From a virus, in the IMG/VR virus record IMGVR_UViG_3300046777_002497, positions 10,079-74,078 of that record: a stretch of DNA of 64,000 nucleotides, one strand, 5' to 3'. The translations under genes and the position numbers were made by a program. Each line of letters starts with the position of its first letter. The first letter of the stretch is position 1. Below the pieces are notes generated by a model, which did not search any database, was not told where the DNA came from, and saw only the letters and a program-made list of their open reading frames with translations. Shown piece by piece: positions 26,256 to 36,806 of this stretch.

Positions 26256-26547
26256 TTAGCTTTTCAATTTCATGCAGGCTAGAGCGCCAATGGCGCTCTC
26301 CATTGTTATCACGTGCTCCGTAAAGCGTACGGGCCGCTGGTTGCGGCCCTTTCTTGGGAGAAGAAAAACCATAATGAACAATAGGCAAAATTTCAGTGCC
26401 GTTGTGTTCAATCAAAGGCAAGTGGTCAACTGCTCGTGGAGCGTTAAGCATTGTTAGGAGAAAATCCTTCGCAATACTAAAGAGAGTTTTGTTCAATGAA
26501 GGCTTGTTTGCCTTATGTAATGAACGTTTCGCCCTTGGGGGCTCCAC
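26212..26547 (-). CDS. Hypothetical protein
   Basis: ORF, start probably MLNAP. Confidence 0.5.
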   Translation of the reverse strand: MEPPRAKRSLHKANKPSLNKTLFSIAKDFLLTMLNAPRAVDHLPLIEHNGTEILPIVHYGFSSPKKGPQPAARTLYGARDNNGERHWRSSLHEIEKLIDSGFTIEQEENDA

Positions 26548-26949
26548 TCTGGCTAGAGCGGCATTGCGGAGGTTTTAGGCATCGTTGGGCTTTGATCGTT
26601 TTTGATAGGTGATCTTGGCCTTATGAATGAACACTCCGCCCTTGAGGGCTACGCTAGCCCTAGCTGGCCATGCCTATGCGCTAAGGAGCCATCGCTGATG
26701 GGCTTGCGACACTTGGCTAGACCTGTGGTGAGGGTAAAGGGAGTTTGAGCCAAAATCAAGCGGGTTTATGCAGCTTCTTGTTCTGGCACAAAGCAAATAG
26801 AGATGGAACTGGTCCGCGCCATGATGGCATTGCCTCATCCGCTTTTCCCATGGACAAGGAAGCCATCACTGAATGGCTGGTCAAGCACAAATACAGCGAC
26901 CATCGTCTCATCCCTCAGCTTCACTGCCCGCTCTGTCGTCAATTGAACT

Positions 26950-27108
26950 ATGAACGAAGAATTCAAGGATTACAAAATCGTCAAGCTGCCACCGAACGGT
27001 CCGAAGCCTGGACAGAGCACTAGGGCTTGGCTTTATGGCAAAGGCAAAGAAGAAGAGGAATTCAAAAAGCTGATAGACACTCAAGGCTTCAAAGGTAAGC
27101 GCAAATAG
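26950..27108 (+). CDS. Small basic protein
   Basis: Manual translation MNEEFKDYKIVKLPPNGPKPG...GKRK; followed by hairpin terminator near 27110-27135. Confidence 0.45.
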   Translation: MNEEFKDYKIVKLPPNGPKPGQSTRAWLYGKGKEEEEFKKLIDTQGFKGKRK

Positions 27109-27403
27109 CAAAGGGGCCTGATGGCCCCTTTTTCATTCTTCATCGTCATCTTCAAAATCTGGTTGAGCCTTGAACCAATCTTCTGCAAGTTCAACAAGCT
27201 TCTTTTGTGCTTCAGGCGAAAGCGGCGCCACAAGCGCCGCGCTCTCACTGTTGTCCCAAATGATTTTCACTTTTTCATTGCGATGGAATTTTCATGGTAA
27301 TTGAAAACTATCGCTTGCTGAAAAAAGCTAGACTATTCAAGCTGCTCGCGACGGTAGGCAGCGGGGAGGCTAGCAATAGAGCCTCCCTCCTATTGCGAGA
27401 GAG

Positions 27404-29440
27404 CTAGAACCAATCCTCCTGGTCTTCCTTTTCGGGAAGATTTTCATTGAGAACCATGGAAACAGGCGGAGCTGTTGGCAGTTCTTCCTGTTCGGGAGCA
27501 ATATTTTGCTCTTCATTGGGAGAACTGAAATTCAGATCGGGGCCTTGGTAGTCCCATGAGTGGTACATGCGAGTGCGTTCATCATGCGGGCCAACAATGA
27601 AGCTGCTGGTAATGAGCCCTTGACGGCGTGCCATTTCAAGGAGCTTGCCAGTAGTGACATTCTCGTTCATGCCAGTGCCTAGCGACACTTGCTGCTTACT
27701 GAAACGCTCATGCGGACGCATGTTCACATAGTTTGCCACGCGATCAAGCTCAGCAATGGAATTACCGAGAGGACCGGCATAGTCCCACCCATAGTTCACT
27801 GCATTACGTTTCAGGACGTGCTTCCCAGCCAAGCCACTCCTGCTCTTCACCCATTCCAGGATAAATTGATTCTGGTCGTAATTACCTTCCTGACGATAGA
27901 GCTTCACTACTTCGCTCACATTGTCAACGAAGCTAGAGCTATCACGCAGTCCACCTTGACGATTTAAGTGGTGAAGAATGACGATGGAGCATTTGTAGAC
28001 ATTGGCCATGTCGCGCAATGCATAGAGAGAATCGCCCGCATTGCTTTTGATCAGATCAACATTCATTCCAGCAAAGCAGGCAGTGAGCGAGTCGATAACG
28101 ACAAACACTGGACGATGCTTCTTGATGAAGCGCTCAAGCTGTTGCATGTGAGCAAAACGCCAAGTTTCCCAGAAGGAAATCATGCCAGGCTTGATATTGG
28201 CTTCTTGATAGCCGATGATGGAAAGCTTCTCTTTAGTGTCTGACAATGGTTCGTCAGCGGAGATGAGCAGGCATTTACCAGGAAGACAACGACGGCCAGA
28301 CCATGAGGAACCAGTAGCCACGCCTAATGCCCAGTTGTAAACCAAGCTTGTCTTTCCAGTGCCGCCTTGAGCAGCAAGAAGCGTGACGCTACCAAGAGGA
28401 ACGATGCCAGCAATCAGCCATTCACGAACGGAATCATCATCAATAAGCTGCAGCACGTCAATAGTTTCTATTTCTTCCTTGCCAAACAAACGAGACTTCG
28501 CCTCGTCAATCATCTTGTCAATATTGGCTTGGCTCATCTTCACGCCGTGGGCTTCTAGCCATTGCGCTGCCTGAAAAGCCACACGAGCATCATTGTCATA
28601 AAGGCCGACCATGCGCTCGAAGCTGCCGATGATTTCCTCGTAGGAAGGAAGACCATCCTTGCCTTCATGGCGATCCTTGGAAACAATGGAGGAGAGAATC
28701 AGCTCTTGGTCTGCACCATCGTCCAACCAGTCAGCTAAGTCGTAGCCGCCATTTTGAGGAAGGCTATCCCATTCGAAATTATCAGGGTCGGCATAGAGCC
28801 ATTGCGCTCCAGGATTGTCTGAAGCCACTTCTCGCATGAGAGCAATGCCGGGCTCATCGCGATCAGGACAGAGGACAATCTTCTTGCCACGAAATAACAG
28901 CGAATAGTCGCCGTTAGCGCGATATTGTCCACTACCACCAAGGAAGGTGACAGAGGGCAGGCCAATTTCCCAAAGCCTGTCGCAGGTGAGTTCACCTTCA
29001 ACGATGAAGATGGGAAGTCCCGTCACCTGACAAGCAGTGAGGGCTTCGTCGTAGCGATAGGGAAGAACAGTAGTTCTTATTTCATCAATGTAAGCTTTAC
29101 GTTGATGCGTGCCTTGTGGTACTGAAGGATAGGCTTGGCGAATTGTTTTCTTACCACTGGCGTCATCACGATGCACGTTGATTGTGGTTTCGCCTTGCTT
29201 ATTTTTGTAGGAGAAAGTGTAGGAACGTGCATCACGAAGAGGACGTTCCCAGCGATCTAATGGTGCAAGAATGTTGCGAATTTCAGCACGATGTTTGGCT
29301 GAATCATCATTAAAACAGTTATAGGCACCATTGCCTTCGTTAATAGAAAGATCGTTGCCTCCGCACGCCGGACAGATATATTTTCCTGGATGATCACTTG
29401 GTTCAAGCTTCTCAATGTGGTCCAGGATGGAGAATGCCAT
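27404..29440 (-). CDS. Primase-helicase (Zn finger, TOPRIM, AAA_25/RepA-like helicase)
   Basis: CPAC; VEGE, DRD, DLAD TOPRIM motifs; GGTGKT Walker A, VVIDSL Walker B, ILHH, KSR. Confidence 0.88.
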   Translation of the reverse strand: MAFSILDHIEKLEPSDHPGKYICPACGGNDLSINEGNGAYNCFNDDSAKHRAEIRNILAPLDRWERPLRDARSYTFSYKNKQGETTINVHRDDASGKKTIRQAYPSVPQGTHQRKAYIDEIRTTVLPYRYDEALTACQVTGLPIFIVEGELTCDRLWEIGLPSVTFLGGSGQYRANGDYSLLFRGKKIVLCPDRDEPGIALMREVASDNPGAQWLYADPDNFEWDSLPQNGGYDLADWLDDGADQELILSSIVSKDRHEGKDGLPSYEEIIGSFERMVGLYDNDARVAFQAAQWLEAHGVKMSQANIDKMIDEAKSRLFGKEEIETIDVLQLIDDDSVREWLIAGIVPLGSVTLLAAQGGTGKTSLVYNWALGVATGSSWSGRRCLPGKCLLISADEPLSDTKEKLSIIGYQEANIKPGMISFWETWRFAHMQQLERFIKKHRPVFVVIDSLTACFAGMNVDLIKSNAGDSLYALRDMANVYKCSIVILHHLNRQGGLRDSSSFVDNVSEVVKLYRQEGNYDQNQFILEWVKSRSGLAGKHVLKRNAVNYGWDYAGPLGNSIAELDRVANYVNMRPHERFSKQQVSLGTGMNENVTTGKLLEMARRQGLITSSFIVGPHDERTRMYHSWDYQGPDLNFSSPNEEQNIAPEQEELPTAPPVSMVLNENLPEKEDQEDWF

Positions 29441-29672
29441 GGAAAGTGGTGGAATCGCTCCCGTTGTAGCAAGGAAATCAAGAAGCAGCAGCCCTATAAG
29501 CTAAAACAATACAAAATGAAACAAACGATAAGCGAAAACAATAGCTTGGGTGGTTGGCAGGGCTCAAAACTATGGCTAGTCTGGCCATGTTCCCGATGCC
29601 TCTCGCCAATGGAACTCTGGCTAGCCGCCATCATCGGCTTTTCAATCGGCTACCTGCTTGGTCCCCTCTTTT

Positions 29673-29915
29673 ATGACGAACGGTAACAAAGAGCTGAAAA
29701 AGGGCAGGCATTTCAGCTTAACTGACACTGCCTACGCCCATCTTGGCAACATCGCCCATGAAGCTCGATTGAGCCTCAGCGAAACCTTGGAACGCCTTGT
29801 TCGTTCCACGCCCATCTGGGAAGGTAGCGCCACCTTGGCAAACGGCGCCTTCGATTTGATCGAAGACTACTCCACGTCTCTTGAAACTGATTTCAATGAA
29901 AGTTTCCCAGCTTAA
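29673..29915 (+). CDS. Ribbon-helix-helix-like regulator
   Basis: RHFSLTD..Y..L..IA....LSLSETLERLVR. Confidence 0.55.
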   Translation: MTNGNKELKKGRHFSLTDTAYAHLGNIAHEARLSLSETLERLVRSTPIWEGSATLANGAFDLIEDYSTSLETDFNESFPA

Positions 29916-30159
29916 ACTTGCCTGCGAGGATTTTGTTCTTGAGCATGGCGATCAAGACGTAAAACTCCTGTGGGAGCAAGGCACTATTGATGATGGCTTT
30001 GATGTTAAGTACTACGAAATGCCCACTGACATTCGCGCCATTCCTGATTGGCCCCTTCCCGGTAAAAGCATCATCACCAAGAATGAAGGCTCTGAAATGA
30101 GCGTTGATTTCGTCATTATGTATGGCGAATATGCTTATCTCCCGCAATCCAAGCAATGA
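29896..30159 (+). CDS. Hypothetical protein
   Basis: MKVSQLK...HGDQDV. Confidence 0.55.
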   Translation: MKVSQLKLACEDFVLEHGDQDVKLLWEQGTIDDGFDVKYYEMPTDIRAIPDWPLPGKSIITKNEGSEMSVDFVIMYGEYAYLPQSKQ

Positions 30160-30328
30160 TTGAACTTACCACCAGTCAGCTCAACACCCGCATGCAAAAG
30201 CTTGATCAAGAGCTTGTCATGTGCCTCGATATGTTCCTTGAGGATACTGGCATTGCAGTTGACGCTGTTGTAATTGATTACAACGAGGAGGGCTATGCCG
30301 TCACTCTTGGACTTGCGTTCCCAGAAGA

Positions 30329-31291
30329 ATGAACCATTCCTTTATGCTCTACTCCCCGTCTGACTTTTCTTCCATGGACCCTGCCAAGCAAGCCACAATG
30401 GATCGTTACAACGGCATCTTCTCTCCGCTGGAGATCAGCGCTGAAGCTTTTAAGGCTGCTTATGACACGCCCGATATTGGTCCTCACATCGAGAAGGACT
30501 ACAAGGGCCTATCCTATCTATCTTGGCCTTTTGCCTACCGCTATCTCAAGGAGCATTTCCCCACTTATTTCGTGGCTTTTGAAGAAAAGACCATTGGAGA
30601 AGTGGTATTTGGTACGCCAGGCGCTTACTATCTCCGCCCCTACCTCACTGATGGCTGCCGCCGCACTGTCGCCTTGATCTTCCCGATCATGGACAGGAAG
30701 CATAATTCCATCAAGGAGCTTGATGGTCGTGCCATTTCTGACAACTGCCAACGTGCTGCCGTAAAAGCAATTGCCACCTTCACTGGCCTTGGTCTGCGTC
30801 TTTATGCAGGCGAGGATATCCCCAAAGAAGATGAAAAAGGACAGGCCAAACTCCCGCTCCAACAGGAAGCTCCGAAGCAGGCTACGCGGACAGGCAAGGC
30901 GCCAGCGGGAGCTAAGGCTCCTTCTGAGCCTGCTGGAGAAGGAGGGAATGCTCCCGCCGCTGCAACAGGGGCCAGTGATGAAGCATTTGACGCCAAAACT
31001 GCCCTAACCACTATTTGCAAGGCCAATCCGTTTGGCTATGCAGATGAGAAGAACAGCATGGCGCTTGGTAAAGCTGCGCTGGAAGCCATTGGCCTTTCCC
31101 GCGCCACTGAAGTGAAGACGTGGCAGCAGTTCGGCAATGTGGCAGCAGCCATGATGACCGTATGGGCGAAGGAAGAACAGCTTGTTATCACTAAAGCAGA
31201 AATGACCAAGGAAATTGACTTGGTGCGTGCTTGTGATACAACAGAAGCGATGGTGGAAGCCATGAAAGCTTTTGTTGTAAAAAAGCCATAG
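30329..31291 (+). CDS. Sak3/DUF1071-like single-strand annealing protein
   Basis: LSYLSW, PIMD, QRAAVKAIA..GLGL.LYAGED. Confidence 0.8.
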   Translation: MNHSFMLYSPSDFSSMDPAKQATMDRYNGIFSPLEISAEAFKAAYDTPDIGPHIEKDYKGLSYLSWPFAYRYLKEHFPTYFVAFEEKTIGEVVFGTPGAYYLRPYLTDGCRRTVALIFPIMDRKHNSIKELDGRAISDNCQRAAVKAIATFTGLGLRLYAGEDIPKEDEKGQAKLPLQQEAPKQATRTGKAPAGAKAPSEPAGEGGNAPAAATGASDEAFDAKTALTTICKANPFGYADEKNSMALGKAALEAIGLSRATEVKTWQQFGNVAAAMMTVWAKEEQLVITKAEMTKEIDLVRACDTTEAMVEAMKAFVVKKP

Positions 31292-31479
31292 ATCTAGCAG
31301 CGGCCCGTTTTGCACGGGCCTTTGCTGGAACTATTTGCCTCGACGAAGATCATGCCCCTCTTGATTGCCTTCCTCCCAAGCTTTTTGGCTGATGATCCAC
31401 TGGGACTGTTTCTGTTAATTGCTTTTGCTTCTACAGCTCTAGCCTTGCTCATTTTGTTCCTTGCAAGCTTAGTTCTGCC

Positions 31480-31731
31480 ATGAACGATTCTTCTCTTTCT
31501 CCATGGAAGCATTCATGGAAACATTCAATTACTAATCGCTATGGCGATCCAAGCTTTGACATTGAAGTGACAAGCTACAAAACAACTATATACGAAGTTG
31601 TCGAGGACTTTGCATGTTATTTGATGGGCTGTGGTTATTCGCGATCTCTCATCGTCGATGCCTTCAATGCACAAGCAGAAGAGTTTGCAGATTTGCTGAA
31701 AAATGTTGACGAACAGACGGACGCTGATTAA
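31480..31731 (+). CDS. Hypothetical protein
   Basis: F..YLMGCGY motif. Confidence 0.55.
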   Translation: MNDSSLSPWKHSWKHSITNRYGDPSFDIEVTSYKTTIYEVVEDFACYLMGCGYSRSLIVDAFNAQAEEFADLLKNVDEQTDAD

Positions 31732-32026
31732 TGCCTGCCATGAAGCATTCTGGAGTTTTCCTGACGATACGCTTAGCAGCGACCGTCGTATTGCTGCTGT
31801 TCTCTACGCTATTGCTGAACATCCTCTGGCTGACCGCACTTTCCTTTATCAAACTGCACGAACTATCCTCATGCCTGATATTGCAATGTGTAAAGGCAAC
31901 GAATGTCCTGTCAAAGAAGATTGCTGGCGTTACATGGCGCCCTCTGATCGCTTCCAAAGTTATTTTGCAACGCCGCCTTATACGGAAGAAGGCTGCGAGT
32001 ATTTCTGGGACATGAACGAGAAATAG
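31703..32026 (+). CDS. Hypothetical protein with Cys-rich C-terminus
   Basis: DIAMC...CP....CWRY...QSYF...C.YFW. Confidence 0.6.
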   Translation: MLTNRRTLINACHEAFWSFPDDTLSSDRRIAAVLYAIAEHPLADRTFLYQTARTILMPDIAMCKGNECPVKEDCWRYMAPSDRFQSYFATPPYTEEGCEYFWDMNEK

Positions 32027-32826
32027 TGCCCTGTTACGATCTATGTCTCGACGCCCTTTCGATGCCTTCTCTGCCCCGCTACGAGCCCAATCGGATTCAG
32101 CTCAACGGCAAACGGAATTACGTTTTGAACGGTTTTCCAAATGCCCCAGAAGGCATTGTTTTGCCCTCTGTGACGACTATTGCGAGCGCGTGTTCGCCGC
32201 CTGGCAAGATTGCAGCGCTCATGAACTGGCGCAGGAAAGTAGGCAATGAGGAAGCCAATCGTCGTACACGCTCTGCCGTAGAACGTGGAAATTGGCTTCA
32301 TGGAGTGCTGGAAGATTTTTGGAACGGCGAGGACATCAACTGTCATCTCGATTCCCATCCATCGTTCGTTCCTTATTTCGACAGCATTGCTAGCTTCCTG
32401 ACTGGTGTAGCCAGTCCTCTGTTGGTGGAAAGTGCCATCGCTTGGTATTGTCCCTCCACTGAAACTGGCTACTCAGGCACCTTCGATATGCTTGCTACTA
32501 TGGGCAATGGCAACATCGCCTTGCTTGATTGGAAGACGAGCTACAAACAAAAGCCTGATACGCAGCTAGGCGACTACCGCATGCAGCTCGGAGCCTATTC
32601 CCAAGCCATTGAGCAGATGTATGGCATCGAAATCAACGAGGCACATTGCGCCATCGCCATTTACGACCCCGATACGGGCGAAGGGCAGGAAGCGCAAATC
32701 GTGAGTCTTGACGGCACTGACCTTGCTATGCAGGCAGGCATCATGGCTCAGAAAACGCAGCAGTACTTTCTTGAGCACTATCCAGGTGGACGCCCCTTAA
32801 CTATTTCTATGGATCGTGGAGCTTGA
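32026..32826 (+). CDS. PD-(D/E)xK exonuclease (Cas4/RecB-like)
   Basis: PSVTTI, RGNWLH, GTFD, LDWKT, QLGAY. Confidence 0.85.
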   Translation: MPCYDLCLDALSMPSLPRYEPNRIQLNGKRNYVLNGFPNAPEGIVLPSVTTIASACSPPGKIAALMNWRRKVGNEEANRRTRSAVERGNWLHGVLEDFWNGEDINCHLDSHPSFVPYFDSIASFLTGVASPLLVESAIAWYCPSTETGYSGTFDMLATMGNGNIALLDWKTSYKQKPDTQLGDYRMQLGAYSQAIEQMYGIEINEAHCAIAIYDPDTGEGQEAQIVSLDGTDLAMQAGIMAQKTQQYFLEHYPGGRPLTISMDRGA

Positions 32827-32897
32827 CTCCTCGTCCATACCGGCTATGCTTCTAGAGCCCCTCCAGGGCCGACCACTCTCCTTCTGAGGAACACTAA

Positions 32898-33173
32898 ATG
32901 CCCTCTGGCAATCTTCCCGTTTTCAGCGGCACTGTCGATCTCACCCCCGACATTTTGAATGCAGCCAAAAAGGCTGGTCCCAATGCACAAGGAAACTACA
33001 GCTTCCGCGTGGCACTGTGGAACAACGACAAGCGTGATAAGGACACTGCTCCTCATTTCAAAGGGCAAGTGACTGTCAACAAGATGGAAAATAGCCCTAA
33101 GGCTTATTCTTCCTTCTGGCAAAACGGCGAAGCCGTTAGCGCCTCCCCTTCATCCAGCGACGACCTTTTCTGA
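32898..33173 (+). CDS. Putative ssDNA-binding protein
   Basis: VALWN...APHFKG, acidic DDLF tail. Confidence 0.6.
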   Translation: MPSGNLPVFSGTVDLTPDILNAAKKAGPNAQGNYSFRVALWNNDKRDKDTAPHFKGQVTVNKMENSPKAYSSFWQNGEAVSASPSSSDDLF

Positions 33174-33175
33174 CA

Positions 33176-33376
33176 ATGAAGCACTCCCGAGATTCCAAGG
33201 ACTGGGCTATCTACCTTCTGGCAGTAGGCATAGCTCTTGGAATTACTTTCGGGCTGGCTTGTTTAGGGGCATGGGCGGTTCAGGCAATCTGGCCGTCCGT
33301 GCCCTTTTGGCCTGCCACGATTTTAGTTTGGCTAGCCCTGAGTCTGTTCAATCGCTCTTCAAACAGTGCTTCTTAA
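33176..33376 (+). CDS. Small membrane protein
   Basis: Two hydrophobic helices. Confidence 0.5.
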   Translation: MKHSRDSKDWAIYLLAVGIALGITFGLACLGAWAVQAIWPSVPFWPATILVWLALSLFNRSSNSAS

Positions 33377-33953
33377 CGACAAGCAAATTAGCATCCTTGC
33401 TGAAAACGACATCATCTTTCCTTTCGTTGGAGAGAAGCGTCGCGAGCTAGACAATGGTACGAAGGCATTGTCTTATGGCCTGTCTCATGCTGGATATGAC
33501 CTGCGCCTTTCCCCGGAAGGTTTTATGGTTATCGACAACAGCGTCAGCAAGGACTTGCCTCTTGACGTGAAAAGCTTCGACACGGAGCTAATGGAAGAGC
33601 AAAAGCCTCGTCAAGAAAACGGCAGCACGTTTTTCGTGCTTCCGCCTTTTTCCTACGCGCTTGGCGTTAGCCTTGAACGCATCTCGATGCCTAACAATGT
33701 GATGGGCATCACAGACGGGAAGTCAACGTATGCACGTCAAGGGACCATCATTAACGTTACGCCAATTGAGCCTGGCTGGTCTGGCTATCTCACTATTTGT
33801 ATTGTCAATCCCCTGGCTTTTCCAAGCCGCATCTATGCCAATGAAGGGATAGTGCAAATTATGTTTATAAAGCTCGATGGTGATGTTGCTAGCGCCTATG
33901 GCAATGGCAAATACCAAGACCAAGGAGCTAAAGTGGCTTTTGCTGCCGTGTAG
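33366..33953 (+). CDS. dcd: dCTP deaminase
   Basis: SYGLSHAGYDLRL, GKSTYAR, PIEPGW.G, YANEG, KYQ. Confidence 0.9.
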   Translation: MLLNDKQISILAENDIIFPFVGEKRRELDNGTKALSYGLSHAGYDLRLSPEGFMVIDNSVSKDLPLDVKSFDTELMEEQKPRQENGSTFFVLPPFSYALGVSLERISMPNNVMGITDGKSTYARQGTIINVTPIEPGWSGYLTICIVNPLAFPSRIYANEGIVQIMFIKLDGDVASAYGNGKYQDQGAKVAFAAV

Positions 33954-33956
33954 CTT

Positions 33957-34319
33957 GTGAGCGCTCTCGAAGATCAGTTTCTCGGGCTTTGGCAAGCTCA
34001 CTATCCCGACCTCCCATTGATCCGGGAATTTAGCGATGTAGAAGCTTGGGAAGCTGATTTTCAAGAGCGCTATGCAAAAAGCAAGCGTTCAAAGCGTTAC
34101 AGAGCAGATTTTGCACATCTTCCTTCTCGCTCTCTCATTGAAATACAAGGCGGCACTTTTAATCGTGGTCGTCATGTTACTGGCTCTGGCTATGAGCGAG
34201 ACGCCAGGAAATTCAACCTAGCAATGCTATGTGGCTGGAAAGTATTTTTGCTTACTTCCCAAACGGCCAAAGAAATCGCCTGGCTTGAGAAGATTGCTGC
34301 TGTTCTGAGAATGCCTTAA
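33957..34319 (+). CDS. DUF559/Vsr-like endonuclease (possible resolvase)
   Basis: SALE, YRADF, IEIQGG, GRH, D..KFN.A...GW. Confidence 0.75.
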   Translation: MSALEDQFLGLWQAHYPDLPLIREFSDVEAWEADFQERYAKSKRSKRYRADFAHLPSRSLIEIQGGTFNRGRHVTGSGYERDARKFNLAMLCGWKVFLLTSQTAKEIAWLEKIAAVLRMP

Positions 34320-34629
34320 TGGCTTCACCGGCTTCTCCAAGTAAGGCGTCTGCTGCTTCAAGATCCATTTGTTGAATCTGCATTGCTTGACGCAGTTCAA
34401 GATTTTCCTTGACAAGCGAAGCAGTGGCATCTTGCATGTTACTCCAGCCCTGCATCATGTTCCATGCCACTTCCTTTACCTTCTCAATATCGTTACATTC
34501 GTCTAAAGCCTTTTTATTTGCAATCAGGGCAAAGTCCCTTTCCATGCTCCGTTCAAAAGGCCCCATGGCAGTAATGTAGTCACGTCCGTTGTAGCTTAAT
34601 GCTACTGGAATGGAAAACATTCTTGACAT
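34252..34629 (-). CDS. Hypothetical coiled-coil protein
   Basis: 125-aa ORF with own upstream promoter-like region. Confidence 0.55.
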   Translation of the reverse strand: MSRMFSIPVALSYNGRDYITAMGPFERSMERDFALIANKKALDECNDIEKVKEVAWNMMQGWSNMQDATASLVKENLELRQAMQIQQMDLEAADALLGEAGEAIKAFSEQQQSSQARRFLWPFGK

Positions 34630-34659
34630 AGGGCTCCCGTCGTTTGCTTTAGCCTAGCG

Positions 34660-34995
34660 ATGCAGCGAAATGGCAGGCAGTTTGTTTACGCAGTGGACGA
34701 TGGAAGGAAAGCCGAAAAGCTTGGTACGGCTTCCTTCAGAGCCCTCCCGAAAACGCCAGTGTCCCACACTTGGGAAGTTGGGCAAACCGTCGTGTACGTA
34801 CAATGCACTGCTGCTGGCTGGATGCCCACGAGCCTCTTGGGCACCATTGCCGCCATCGTGAAAGACGGAAGACAAAGCAAAGCCCGCATCGTTTGGCACG
34901 CTGAAACGAAGGTGGCACCTATCATTGGCTTCCAGAGGCTTCGCCCTTTCCTCTTGATTCATGACTTTATCTCCAACTCACGACGACCCTCTTAA
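34660..34995 (+). CDS. Hypothetical protein (SH3-like)
   Basis: WEVGQTVV beta-rich region. Confidence 0.5.
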   Translation: MQRNGRQFVYAVDDGRKAEKLGTASFRALPKTPVSHTWEVGQTVVYVQCTAAGWMPTSLLGTIAAIVKDGRQSKARIVWHAETKVAPIIGFQRLRPFLLIHDFISNSRRPS

Positions 34996-35179
34996 GATTA
35001 TCAGCAAAGGCATTGCTGAAATCCTTGTCGCCTTTGGCTTGATTTGCCTGCGCTCGTGGCTTTTAAGCATTTGCGTGGCATGGATCGTTCCAGGATTTAT
35101 GCTTGGCTTTTGGCAGTGGGTGTTAATTGCTATTACTATTCGCATGCTGATTTGGCCCACTAATTACAACAAAAAATGA
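34961..35179 (+). CDS. Small membrane protein
   Basis: Hydrophobic, GFWQ motif. Confidence 0.55.
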   Translation: MTLSPTHDDPLKIISKGIAEILVAFGLICLRSWLLSICVAWIVPGFMLGFWQWVLIAITIRMLIWPTNYNKK

Positions 35180-35895
35180 CATCTTCTCCGCTTCAAACCA
35201 TTGATCCCCTCTGTGACGGTATTAGCTTTGTCCGGCTCATTGATTGGATGGGAACTTCGCTTGACATCGTTTGTGATGCGCGGCAAAGTTTCGATCAAGC
35301 CTCTTTTCAATGGACTGATCAAGATCAAAAGCTTCTTAATTATTTGGTGAAGCATCAGCACACTAGCCCCTTTAGGGGCGCTGTCACAAAATGGCAAGTA
35401 AAAGCTCCGCTATTTATTGCTCGTCAATGGTGGAAGCATGTCATTGGTGGGACGTATGCCAATGATCAACTTGGCTGGAACGAAAAAAGCTTCCGCTATT
35501 GCGAGGCAGACGACGAGACGTACTACATGCCTCGTGAGTTCAGGCAGCAAAGCGTCAGCAACAAGCAAGCCTCTGCCGGCCCTCTAGAGCCTTCTATGAA
35601 CCAAATGGCGATGATCGAATACGCCAAGGCGCTAGAGCAGGCCAAGCAGGCTTACAGGGCTCTTCTGACGCTAGGCGTGAGCAAGGAGCAGGCCCGTGGC
35701 ATCATGCCAATGTCAACGTACACAAGCTTTACGTGGACCTGTAGCTTGCAAGCCCTGCTGCATTTCCTTTCATTGCGCGACAAGCCCGATGCCCAAGGTG
35801 AAATTCAATGCTACGCTCAAGCCTTGAGCACTCTTGCTCGCCCTCTCTTTAAAGAAGTGTTTCAAACATTCGAGGAAAATGGCAATGCCTTTTGA
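35176..35895 (+). CDS. thyX: Flavin-dependent thymidylate synthase
   Basis: HTSPF, APLFIARQWWKH...WNEKSFRY, KEQAR..P, LR...AQ.EI. Confidence 0.9.
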   Translation: MTSSPLQTIDPLCDGISFVRLIDWMGTSLDIVCDARQSFDQASFQWTDQDQKLLNYLVKHQHTSPFRGAVTKWQVKAPLFIARQWWKHVIGGTYANDQLGWNEKSFRYCEADDETYYMPREFRQQSVSNKQASAGPLEPSMNQMAMIEYAKALEQAKQAYRALLTLGVSKEQARGIMPMSTYTSFTWTCSLQALLHFLSLRDKPDAQGEIQCYAQALSTLARPLFKEVFQTFEENGNAF

Positions 35896-36241
35896 GCAAT
35901 CCCCTGAAGCTTTTCATCCAGTGGAACGTCCCATTCACTACGCCAGTGGTGGCCTAGAAGCCATTGAGGCAATGGAAGCAAGCATGACGCCCGAAGCGTT
36001 TCGCGGTTTTCTCAAAGGCAATATTCTGAAATACGTTTGGCGCTACGAAAAGAAGAATGGTCTTGAAGATCTTGAAAAGGCAAAGTGGTATCTTGGGCAG
36101 CTCATCTTTGCTCTAGAAACAGACCAGGAAAGCGAAGCTCTTGCCGCCATCGAAAACAATGCTAACAATGGCTGTAAGGATGGTTTCTGTCCAATGCCAG
36201 GCGCGCGTTATGATTTATTCGCGCCAGTAGATAAAGCCTAA
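35885..36241 (+). CDS. DUF3310 (T7 gp1.7/SaV-like) protein
   Basis: P.HY..G..EAI, GF.KGN..KY.WRY..K.G.EDL.KA.WYL. Confidence 0.85.
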   Translation: MPFEQSPEAFHPVERPIHYASGGLEAIEAMEASMTPEAFRGFLKGNILKYVWRYEKKNGLEDLEKAKWYLGQLIFALETDQESEALAAIENNANNGCKDGFCPMPGARYDLFAPVDKA

Positions 36242-36720
36242 GCTGCTTGCCATTCCGTATAACAAAAGCCCCCAGAAATGGGGGCTTCTTCTTTTGACGG
36301 TGGAATGTAATAATCGCGCTCCTCTGCAAATGCTTCAATATCCTGTAATGAAGTGTGGGCGCTGACGAAGCTATTGTGATGCACCCACGCCAGCAAGAGT
36401 TCTTCTCGCTTCTCAGTCCAGAAGCGCTGTGGACGCCACCACTCAAAAATTGGATCTGCACCCTTTAATAGATTGCAGGACTGGCAACTGGGTACAAGGT
36501 TAAACCTAGAAAAATGAGGCCCCCCTTTGCTTTTCGGCACGATGTGATCAATGGTTAGCTTCTGATCCCATCGCCCACAATATGCACAAGCGCATTGCCC
36601 AAGCGGTCCACGTAACGGATAGTCTTCAAAAATACTCTTGCGAAATCTGCGTCTTGCGTCTCCGGGGCGAAGCTCAATGAGGGAATACAATAGCTCATCG
36701 GGACCATTCGCTCTATGCAT
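36238..36720 (-). CDS. HNH endonuclease
   Basis: CAYC, TIDHIVP..KGG, NLV..C..CN..K. Confidence 0.88.
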   Translation of the reverse strand: MHRANGPDELLYSLIELRPGDARRRFRKSIFEDYPLRGPLGQCACAYCGRWDQKLTIDHIVPKSKGGPHFSRFNLVPSCQSCNLLKGADPIFEWWRPQRFWTEKREELLLAWVHHNSFVSAHTSLQDIEAFAEERDYYIPPSKEEAPISGGFCYTEWQAA

Positions 36721-36806
36721 GGTGCTATTAAATTTTCCTGCAAACAATCTAACCGGCGGTAAGCAAATAATGCGCCTTTGCTAATATAAAAATTGCGGGA
36801 CTCTCC

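Noticed and set aside
32026-32826. Cas4 as CRISPR component
   Set aside because: Sits with Sak and SSB in a recombination module; a common stand-alone phage exonuclease
34252-34629. NblA-like phycobilisome degradation protein
   Set aside because: Only a vague SxExxF helix-hairpin resemblance; needs an HMM hit
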